64,000 nucleotides of DNA. Source: Macrostomum lignano. Lineage: Eukaryota. This document shows positions 37,101 to 46,714 of this stretch, one piece after another (position 1 is the first letter of the stretch; the number at the start of each line of letters is the position of its first letter). The stretch lies in contig NIVC01000522.1 in NCBI GenBank assembly GCA_002269645.1, positions 372,001 through 436,000 of the forward strand, in the 5' to 3' direction. Under the pieces are notes generated by a model. It ran no database searches. It saw only the letters and a program-made list of their open reading frames with translations, and was not told the origin of the DNA. The position numbers were made by a program, and so were the translations under genes.

Positions 37101-39367
37101 TGAGATAATTAAAAAATGATTCTAAATACTTTTACTATCATGACATCAAAGTTTTTCCACCCTGCTCTGTGCAGCACCCACCCACTCCGCCTAGCACACA
37201 CCCCACTCTGCCTAGCACCCACCCACTCCGCCTAGCACCCACCCTCTAATAGCTCTAATAGCACCCACCCCACTCCGCCTAGCACACACCCCACTCCGCC
37301 TAGCACCCAACCAATCCGCCTAGCACCCACCCCAATCCGCCTAGCACCCAACCAATCCGCCTAGCACCCACCCCAATCCGCCTAGCACCCACCCCAATCC
37401 GCCTAGCACCCACCCCAATCCGCCTAGCACCCAACCAGTCCGCCTAACACCCATCTTACTCCGGATAGCACCCACCCGGCTCCGCCCAACACTTGTATAT
37501 CACCAGTTTGACGACTTTATAAGGTTATGAACCTGATAATGCCACTTAATATAGTATGACGTTATACAGTGTGATCAGTATGATTTCCTGTAAAATGATG
37601 TCACTAGTCTTATTTTTATTCTTAGCAAGAAATACTTACGCCTGTTCCTGACACGATTGGAAAATAGCGGTCAGCCTTCGAATATCATCCTCGAGTGACT
37701 TGAGCTCCTCCCATTTCATCTGCAGATGTTGCACAACGTTCATAGCTTCCAAACGGTTGATTTCTTTCTCAATTTCTACGTAGCGAACCAGGGTGCTCTT
37801 GTCCAGGGCCGCCTTGCTTGGCTAAAATAAACAACATGCCAGATTTTAATGAGCTGGATGCTGAATTAATATTGGTTCCGCTCGGTAGAATTTAGTTCAA
37901 TAAATCAAGATTGATGATCAACATCTTTTCTAGAGTCAAAATAGCTCATTATCCAGGAGGAATTTTGAGAAGATAGAGTCACAAGAGAAAAGAGAGGAAG
38001 CAGAAGAAGCGGAAGCAGAAGAAGTGGAAGCAGAAGAAGTGGAAGCAGAAGAAGCGGAAGCAGAAGAAGTGGAAGCAGAAGAAGCGGAAGCAGAAGAAGT
38101 GGAAGCAGAAGAAGCGGAAGCAGAAGAAGCGGAAGCAGAAGAAGCGGAAGTAGAATAAGCGGAAGAAGAAGAGACGGAAGCAGAAGAAGCGGAAGCAGAA
38201 GAAGCGGAAGCAGAAGAAGTGGAAGCAGAAGAAGCGGAAGCAGAAGAAGTGGAAGCAGAAGAAGCGGAAGCAGAATAAGCGGAAGAAGAAGAAACGGAAG
38301 CAGAAGAAGCGGAAGCAGAAGAAGCGGAAGAAGAAGAAACGGAAGCAGAAGAAGTGGAAGCAGAAGAAGCGGAAGAAGAAAAAACGGAAGCAGAAGAAGC
38401 GGAAGTAGAAAAATCGGAAGAAGAAGAAACGGAAGCAGAAGAAGCGGAAGCAGAAGAAACGGAAGCAGAAAAAGCGGCAGAAGAAGAAGCGGAAGCAGAA
38501 GTCGTGCAAAAGCAGAAAATGTGAACACGGAAATATGGCTATAGTATCAAGTTGGTGTGCATGCACTAACAAAAAGGTTTCCAATCACGTGTGCTCACGC
38601 TAGGCTTCGGGGTACAATTAGACCCGTTTTAAACAGTTCTGTGCAAATGCGAGGCAATCCTCATCACTGTTTGCTGGCTCAACTTTCTTTTGATGAATCC
38701 TAAATGACTCGCTTTGTGGGACGGACAGTTTGGGACCTATCGAGTTACATAAAAGGCGTTTAAGGCAAAGCCAATTAAATGTGCATTAAAAGTCTAAATT
38801 GTGTCACCATGAAACTCTTTATAAAGATACATGTTGTTTCCCCTTGATATTCTTTCATCTTTGGATCATTTAGCATTCGTCTGTTTAAGCTATTAGAAAA
38901 CAGAGACAATGCAATTAAGCTCCTCTTTAAAACAATGAACCCAGTTCAGATTAAAAGCAGCAAAAGCATATGAAGACAGCGATAGAAAATAAATATACTC
39001 AAGGTTTAGGTTAAAAATATCTACAAAATGTGAATGTACAAATAAACGAATTACGTTGGGATCAGTTGGCTTCGAGGCGGTTTTGTCTGAAGCCGGGGCT
39101 CCTTGAGCTGGAGCAGCTTGAGTCTGAGTTTGAGGCGGAACCTGGCAAAGTGAATCGCGCAGCTGTCTGTGCTAGCAGATAATTGTTAGTTCTATTTACC
39201 GTTTTTGGGCTAGAAGCTGTGGGTCATGGAATAGCTAAAAATAATTTGAGTTAAAAATAGCTCACCGCTTGTTGCTGCAGCTGCTGTTGCTGTTGTTGCT
39301 GCTGCGAGTTCTTCGGATATTTTGGTGGAATATTGGACTCCACCAAAGTGCTACTTCCACAACCCAT
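28125..39367 (-). CDS. Uncharacterized 578-aa coiled-coil protein with MGCGSS N-terminus
   Basis: 11 exons, all GT-AG and phase-compatible, 1737 nt: 39266-39367, 39055-39141, 37640-37821, 36793-37049, 35802-36000, 34305-34470, 34079-34210, 33325-33481, 29774-30037, 28370-28467, 28125-28217. Mostly absent from the ORF track. Confidence 0.85.
28790..29735. repeat. 23-bp minisatellite (GAATTCCCCAGTCAAACGGAGCA)
   Basis: Intronic tandem array. Confidence 0.96.
31150..32530. repeat. 22-bp minisatellite (TAGATATCTATACGACACCCTC)
   Basis: Intronic tandem array with a palindromic core. Confidence 0.96.
33600..34060. repeat. 38-bp minisatellite
   Basis: TGGCAATGTACACTCCAGCTTTCCTCTCTACACCTCTA in tandem. 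Confidence 0.95.
35290..35740. repeat. 19-bp G-rich minisatellite (GGGAGGGAGCGGATGAGAG)
   Basis: Intronic tandem array. Confidence 0.93.
36185..36625. repeat. 28-bp minisatellite
   Basis: CCAATTTAGCCCACCACCCCTCCACCAG in tandem. Confidence 0.95.
37170..37490. repeat. ~21-bp minisatellite (CCAATCCGCCTAGCACCCACC)
   Basis: Intronic tandem array. Confidence 0.9.
37995..38500. repeat. 15-bp minisatellite (GAAGCAGAAGAAGCG)
   Basis: Intronic; pyrimidine-rich on the sense (minus) strand. Confidence 0.95.
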
Positions 39368-41328
39368 GCTGCTTGTGATTTTTGTTTACGATGGTTTACG
39401 CTTTGGGCCTATGAGTTAGTTTTTGCACTATTAAAGCATGAATTGAAATGTTTGATAATGCTTAAAAATGGTGTGCCTTAATCTTTTCACGTAAGAAGTC
39501 AAGCATTAGTTTTTAATGCTTAAAAAATATTCTTTTCTTAGGTTCTTCTAAAAAGGCCTGTCTTCAAACAAAAATACTGGTTGTGTTCTATGCTCAAGAA
39601 ATAATTTCAAGTTCAAACTATTACTCCACAGGGCGACACAGAACAATGTTTTTAAATATATACTATTATGTCAAACAAAATATTCTGCAATATATACGAG
39701 TACATACAGTACATTATAGCCTATATAATTATTGTATATATATTTATTATATATTTAAAATTTCTTAAATTTTAATATTCTTGACTTGATACAATATCTG
39801 ACCGACATGTAGCACTATATTTGACAGAGATTAACATGATTTACTATTTATTTTAAAAAATGCGACTTCACAGTCTACATTAATAATTCTTAAACAAGAA
39901 GAAAGTTACTCAGAAGCAAAATGACGAAAGAAGTAAAGAGTGATTATAAATAAAAATATTTGGAGAAAAAAAAAGATTTCTTAAAAAAAGCAAAACTAAT
40001 AAAAAGGACTGGCGTAGGTATGCCTTCAGCCTATGATAAGGACAGATATGACCTAATGGATTAAATATAGTCTAAAAACCGATCAATTACATAAACGCAG
40101 TACAAATGCAGTTAATTTAGTGCTACAACAGTTGCTATTAGCATCAGTAATGCATTAAGTAGTATAGTATATACTAAAAGAGCTTTAATTTTAAGATTAT
40201 TTCAATACGTAATTATACAAAAAAGACCTCTTTGTTAATTTAAAATGCACTAAAAGCGTGTGGTTTGTTTGAAACAGCTAATACCAACGTGTTTTTTTAA
40301 TTTTCGTATAGCCTTTTACAGAATAAATTAGATAGGTAAAGCTGGTAGATCTAAATATTTAGTTTATTTATATCAAAGAAATAAATCCTATGTTAATAGT
40401 TGAATTTAACTGGTTTCTGAAACTAAAAACAATTAAAACAATCGGTTTGCATTTAAACCATTTGTAGATAAATTTAGAGATAAAACTCGGTAAATTTCGG
40501 TGGTAAATGTTTTTAAACGAATCCCAGTCAGTAAATCAAACATAATTTACCGGTAAAAAAACTAATATATAGAGATAAGCATGCACTATAGCTTTGAAAT
40601 TTGGCAAGTGTATATAGCTAGCAGTAAAGCTGCTACAATGTTTTGTTAAATTAGCGGAGCGTGCATTGAGTCCTTGTGAGTTGTGGCACCATTTTGATCT
40701 ACGGAACATTGTAAATGTTTTTCAAACATTTAACGTTTTGTTTGAAGGTGAAGAAAAGCTCAATTCGATAACCGCTACGATACTGATGTGGCTTGATTTC
40801 ATGAATTTGAGTTTGAAAAATATCTAAAAACTACTAGCGTCTTTTTCTGTTTTTGCTCTTCAACCTATGCCTTTCCTCTAACCGATACTTGTAAAAGATT
40901 TCTTCATAAACTTAAATGCAAATCATATAGCTAGTAAGCTCATATAGTTATCTAAGGGATGCCAACCTTAATGATAGTTACTTGAACTAAACAACACAAA
41001 ATCCAGACTTTTAACTTCGAATATAAAATTAAATACCATAATTTAAAACCAGTGTATTAATTTCATCAGTTAAAAATCAAGAACAAATGTTCAGAAACTT
41101 TTTTGTTTTTTTTATGAAACGAAAACTAACTGTATAAAGTGTTTTGTACTATTCTCCACTGTTACAGACAGTAAGACATTTAACTTATTTAACTCTATTT
41201 AACTCTATTTAACTCAGAGAAAATTTATTTTCTGAATTAAATGGTTTTAATATAAAATTTTATATGTATTCAAAAGTAAAATTTAGCAGCCTCTCCTAGT
41301 CTTCTGATAATAATTTTAACCCCCGCAG

Positions 41329-44300
41329 CAACACCAAAAGCAAACAGACCAAAAGCGGCCTGGAAGCAGAAGCCAGCCAGATGCCCCATCATCAGCGGCA
41401 GCGGCCTACCGTCAGCGCAGTGAGGCTGTGAAATTCGCGGCTCTGTCGGACCTGCCGACCGGCATGGCAAATTTACTTCGGCCAGAGCGGGAGGCCCGGT
41501 TCCAAGAGGCCAGCGAAGAGGTCGCCCGCCTGGATTCCGAGCTCCGAGAGGCTGCCGCAAGAGAGCGTCGAACAAAGCGCGACAGAGCCGTGCTGGAGAT
41601 GCGGTGAGCTTCAGGCTTATTGGTGCCGGTTAAACAGGTTGATGTTTACTTCGAAGTTATAGTTCTCACTTATTTGCGCCATAGCAAAATCGACCATAGC
41701 AAATCTTTAGCTTCAGCACAGGCAGGATGCGTACGCAGACACGCACTCGCCTGGATGGCTTTAATCCGCCTCTGACTTTGCAGCCTGTGGCAGTGACATT
41801 TTGACATTTTGACATTTTGACATTTTGACATTTTGGACATTTTGATGGGAGGGGCTGCAACAATAAGAGTCACCAATATTTGGTGTCTTAGTGGGCAACC
41901 ACTGTCTCTTGGTGGGCGCCCCTGACTCTTGGTGGGTGCCCCTGTCTCTTGGTGGGCGCCCCTGTCTCTTGGTGGGCGCCCCTGTCTCTTGGTGGGCGCC
42001 CCTGCCTCTTGGTGGGCGCCCCTGTCTCTTGGTGGGCGCCCCTGTCTCTTGGTTGGCGCCCCTGTCTCTTGGTGGGCGCCCTGTCTCTTGGTGGGCGCCC
42101 CTGTCTCTTGGTGGGCGCCTCTGTCTCTTGGTTGGCGCTCCCTGTCTCGCGCGGTGGGCGCTCTTACCCCTGTCTCTTAAGCCACTGTCTCTTGGTGGGC
42201 GCCCCTGTCTCTTGGTGGGCGCCCCTGTCTCTTGGTGGGCGCTCTTACCCCTGTCTCTTAAGCCACTGGATGCCACGTCCAACAGGTGGCAAAACTTGAC
42301 CTCCTGTCATTCATATATAGCTTGGTTGCCTCTCTTATTTTGATTTTATAGGAAAGCATTTTTTAGAGCATTATGTACGATAATGTGGATATTTTATGCT
42401 CGTAGCATCGACTAAAATGTATACGACAGACTTCGTCACGAGCTCGACGAGATGGACGGCGGCCGGGGTAGACGCGGAGGTCGAACTACCACCGAGGCGA
42501 CTGATAATTCCGCAAAATTTTTGGCCCTGATGGACAGCGATGCAAGACAGAATAGATCAGGTATCCAGATTGAACCGCTTGGATTGTATTGTAGTCATTC
42601 CGACATTTAGTTCCGACCTTCATTCCGACAACTATTTCGACATATGTTTAGATAGGGACTACTTTTAAGTAAAGTTTAAGTATAGTGTTCAGACATCTAT
42701 TCCGGCATCCATTTGCGACATCAATTTCGACGTCTATTTCAACATCCATTCCGACATTTACTTCGAAATCTTTTTCGACGTCCATTTCCACATTCTTATG
42801 GAAAAATCGTCACTTCCGACTGCATCAGTTTTTTTATTACCCTTTGTAACTTTAATCCCAAATTGTAGTGAACAGAAGATCTGTCGGTGACCCGGCCGAT
42901 TCCGCGTCAGACCTGTCTGACCCACCTCAGCCAGTGTTTCAAACTGAGTGCCCGAGCTTTGACGCCAAATCCGCTGAAGCCAGCTTTGCTGGAGGTGACG
43001 ACGACAGCGACGGGGCAGCCAGTTGCGACGACACGGAGGCGCTGCGGCACAGAAAAGGCCATCGCAATGCCAATGGCTCTGGGATAGCGGCAGTGGCCGA
43101 CGCCGCCAGAGCCGCCCTGACCAATGGCAAAGATTTCGTGCAGAGAAATATTTCAGTAAGCTTGATAACTGGTCACAACGAGGGAAAGTTAAAAGTGCTA
43201 GAAAGTGTTCGAGGTGCCGTGTCAGAGCCGCAGTATCAAATTCCCAGTGCATTTCTCTAAAGTCACAGCTTCAAAGATGGTCGACAGGGGACTTCTAGGA
43301 GCCTTGGCCTCAAGTTGCCGTAAATAACCAGTTTTATTTGTGTTTCGACCCAGGCTCGAATTCAAGAGCAGTCGCATTAATTTGGGGCTAAATTGGAATC
43401 TCGGCTTGGCTCTGCTCGTGCAATTAATGCATTTGATGGCGAACCCCCGAGGCACAGTGAAATGTACATGCCTAACGATAAATAAAGTTAGGGGCCGCTG
43501 TACACTCCTGTGTGAGTGAGTGCCTGTGCATATGACTGCAGCGTACGTATCCGCGCGCTTGTGTGCCTGCTCAGGGGAGTAGGCGGAATGGGCAGTAATG
43601 CCTCTCGCCGGTTGTGTGACGACAATGTCGCTTAAAGTGCCTTTATTAAAAAAAAGAGGGGTAGCCAATCAGAATTGGGTTCGCAAAGGTCCGGGCCGTA
43701 GAAAAAAGGGGGGTTGGCGCAGACTTCTGGCGAGGTCAGGCGCCAATTCCACTGACTCCTGAGCATATGCACACGCTCACACAGAGTGCACAGCGGCCCT
43801 TTAACTTTGTTTATCGTTAGGCATGTACACTTTCTGCGCGGGTCGCCATCATAAGCTCGAAAAGTCGCAAGCTCGAAAAGTCACATCGTCGAAAACTGAT
43901 TTAGCAGCCACCATCACAAGCTCGAAAAGGCACATCGTCGAAAACTGATTTAGCAGCCACCATCACAAGCTCGAAAAGGCACATCGTCGAAAACTGATTT
44001 AGCAGCCACCATCACAAGCTCGAAAAGGCACATCGTCGAAAACTGATTTAGCAGCCACCATCACAAGCTCGAAAAGGCACAAAGCTCTAACCCTAACCCC
44101 TAACCTAACCCTAAGGCACAAGCTCTAACCCCAACCTTACCTTAACCTAAATCGCCAGAACTAACAATTGCAGCTGGCATCCGCCAGAGCAGACGCAACT
44201 GTGCCGATGACCGCCCATGACAGGGCCCGAGTCGCCAACCTGCTTCGCGAGGACGGCGACAGCAACAGCAGCAGCAGCGATTCTGAAACCGAGCTTCCAA

Positions 44301-44518
44301 TCGAAACGGACTACGAACTGTACAGGCTGAGAAGTTCAGAGGCCAAGCAGCTGGCCGAGATTGAAGCCAGACTGCAAGCGATGAGTCCTAATCGTCAATC
44401 ACCTGTCAGTCAGTCAGGCTCACCTGGCGATCCGCATTTGGCTGCCGCCAGAGAGGCCAGATTGATGGAGAGGAGGCTGGAGAAAATTGAGGATAAGTTG
44501 AGACAGAAGCCATCTTGA
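41329..44518 (+). CDS. FSIP1: FSIP1-like (fibrous sheath-interacting protein 1); first exon not found
   Basis: Exons 41329-41603, 42430-42560, 42869-43155, 44174-44518 in phase. Blocks recalled from FSIP1: RPGSRS, RLDSEL...LEMR, NSAKFLAL, PVFQT, DFVQRNISLA, QLAEIEARLQAMS, SPGDPHL...RLEKIEDKL. Confidence 0.75.
41890..42270. repeat. 20-bp minisatellite (CTGTCTCTTGGTGGGCGCCC)
   Basis: FSIP1-like intron; preceded by (GACATTTT)n at ~41793-41843. Confidence 0.95.
43346..43655 (+). mobile_element. SINE family A, 5'-truncated
   Basis: Aligns to 10555-10833; poly-A tail. Confidence 0.85.
43750..43835 (-). mobile_element. SINE family A fragment
   Basis: Contains the reverse complement of GTGTACATGCCTAACGATAAA..AGTTA..GGGCCGCTGT. 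Confidence 0.7.
43855..44085. repeat. 49-bp tandem repeat, about 4 copies
   Basis: AAGCTCGAAAAGGCACATCGTCGAAAACTGATTTAGCAGCCACCATCAC, no spacers. Confidence 0.92.
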
Positions 44519-44589
44519 CCGCTGAAAGCAGCTGGGTCTGCAAACTCCGGAGCTCCCTCGGATCCTTTGAAACTTCACAATCCAGCCCG

Positions 44590-44930
44590 CTCAATGTATA
44601 TCTCTTCTCAGCGCTCTTCTCTCGAATCTCGAATCTCCTCTCCTCTCCTCTCCTCTCCTCTCCTCTCCTCTTTTCTCCTCTCCTCTCCTCTCCTCTCCTC
44701 TTTTCTCCTCTCCTCTCCTCTTTTCTCCTCTCCTCTCCTCTCCTCTCCTCTCCTCTCCTCTCCTCTCCTCTCCTCTCCTCTCCTCTCCTCTCCTCTCCTC
44801 TTCTCTTCTCTCATCTCCTCTACTCTCTGCTCTGCTCTCTTTCTTTTATTCTCTTGTTTCTCCTTTCTCCCTTCTCTATTTTTTATTCTTGTCTTCCATC
44901 TTCTCTTTCTCTTCTCTCTTTCCTCCTCCG
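44590..44930. repeat. (CTCTC)n / CT-rich tract
   Basis: Direct inspection. Confidence 0.93.
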
Positions 44931-45320
44931 ACTCGCAGACATGCTCCAGGAAGTCTGTCTGACCCTTAAGGTAAAAAAGTTTGCTGACCTCTTGCTTAAG
45001 ATATGAATTATGGACAGTACGCTCGTAATGGGCACTTAGTGCCTTCAGATTTTTTGAAAGCTCAATTTCTTCGAAAGAACCAGACGCTCTAACAACATTA
45101 CTCGCAAATAAAAAGAATAGTCACCTATTTTTATGTCTAACGGAACATCATAATCCTTTAGATCTTTTTCAGATTAACGTCTTAATGAATGAGATCAGGA
45201 TAACTACAGTTTGATTTATATTTTTCATTTATTTTATTCAACACTGCCTAGTGTGGGCTAAGTTTTTAACAATCAATAAATCTGCAATCATAATCAATCA
45301 AAAACCGATGACAGAGTAGT

Positions 45321-45851
45321 TCATCCTATTCGACTCTTGGATCCATCCTCCATCAGCTGGTCTTCGGCACCGTGCTCACTGTCAATATTGCTCAGCAGTG
45401 AGTACACCTTGCAGGCTACGCTAGCCACCCTGGGCAGCAGGCAGTGCCGGCTCCTGTAGTCAATGTGCGTCAGCAGCAGGGCAATCCGTTGATTCTGGAA
45501 TGCCGTCCTCTTAGCATAGATCATGCTCAGAGCTGGGGAAGTCAGGCAGGAGATTTCGTTGTTGCAGTTGGTCAGCACTCTGAGCATCACCACCCGGTGC
45601 CCGTAGATGCTGTGATAGTCCTTGTCGCTGCGACCGAAGTGGAACTGCAGAAAGACCTCGTGAAGTGAGACACTCAGCGTGCGGATGGTGACAAAGTCCT
45701 TGCTGTCCAGCAAGATTTCGTGATTCTGAGGAGTTCGCTGCAGACAGAAGCCCAGGCTGTCCAAGTACGATTCGATCCCGCTGGTCTGGATGAACTTCTT
45801 AAACCGCCAGGACTTGTGCAGCTCCCACACGTAGCCAAAGTTGACAGGCAT
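45321..45851 (-). CDS. Orphan coding exon/ORF (176 aa), no recognised domain
   Basis: ATG-to-stop ORF with GC3-rich codons like neighbouring genes and non-repetitive sequence. A strong donor (A|GTGAGC at 45379) suggests it may be spliced further. Confidence 0.6.
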   Translation of the reverse strand: MPVNFGYVWELHKSWRFKKFIQTSGIESYLDSLGFCLQRTPQNHEILLDSKDFVTIRTLSVSLHEVFLQFHFGRSDKDYHSIYGHRVVMLRVLTNCNNEISCLTSPALSMIYAKRTAFQNQRIALLLTHIDYRSRHCLLPRVASVACKVYSLLSNIDSEHGAEDQLMEDGSKSRIG

Positions 45852-46103
45852 TTAGTGAAATACCAATCTTAATATTGATACTGTAAAGCGTTGCTTATGG
45901 TCTCTGACAGTGTTTAATCAAAAATGTTTGCATACATGTAAACTGAAGGATGATCATCAGGGACTCGATGAGGGAGGGAATCTGCATTGGTCTCAGCCAT
46001 AGAAATATTGGCTTTGATCTTAATTGATCGATCAAGGCAGAATGTTAAATAGATCGATATGCATGTACTAGTATAGATGTACTTATAGACAGTTATAGGC
46101 AGG

Positions 46104-46374
<271 letters not shown>

Positions 46375-46688
46375 TGTAATAAATTGAAGCTAAAGGCTTG
46401 TAGTGAATGCGTAGGAAAGTTACACGTGGAGAGCCAGTACACACAACTGGGCTCTTATATGACTTGTTTATTCTTATTCATCAACCCTAGGACTAAAGAG
46501 GGTGGTTAGCCTGACTGCCCAGACCCCACCATGCTAGCCACGCGTAAAACGCAAACAACCCGACGCAGTGCACATGCACTGAAACACACTAGCCAATCAG
46601 CGCGCACGCAAATACTAACTAACTAAGAATGCACAAAGCATAATATTGCAATAATAAAAATACACTAGCATATCGCCACAATGTCACA
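46375..46688 (-). repeat. 3' LTR
   Basis: Preceded on the minus strand by the PPT; identical to the 5' LTR. Confidence 0.97.
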
Positions 46689-46698
46689 CTTCCCCCCT
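46689..46698 (-). other. Polypurine tract AGGGGGGAAG
   Basis: Abuts the 3' LTR. Confidence 0.9.
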
Positions 46699-46714
46699 GA
46701 GTCAGTTCTCCCCT

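Noticed and set aside
37905-38584. EAEEAEAEE or poly-L/F ORFs
   Set aside because: 15-bp repeat inside an intron; the flanking exons join in phase without it.
40132-40146. GTTGCTATTAGCATC as an X-box in the divergent promoter
   Set aside because: Second half-site does not match RRNAAC.
43855-44085. CRISPR-like periodicity here and in other arrays
   Set aside because: Units are head-to-tail with no unique spacers, no cas genes, eukaryotic context.
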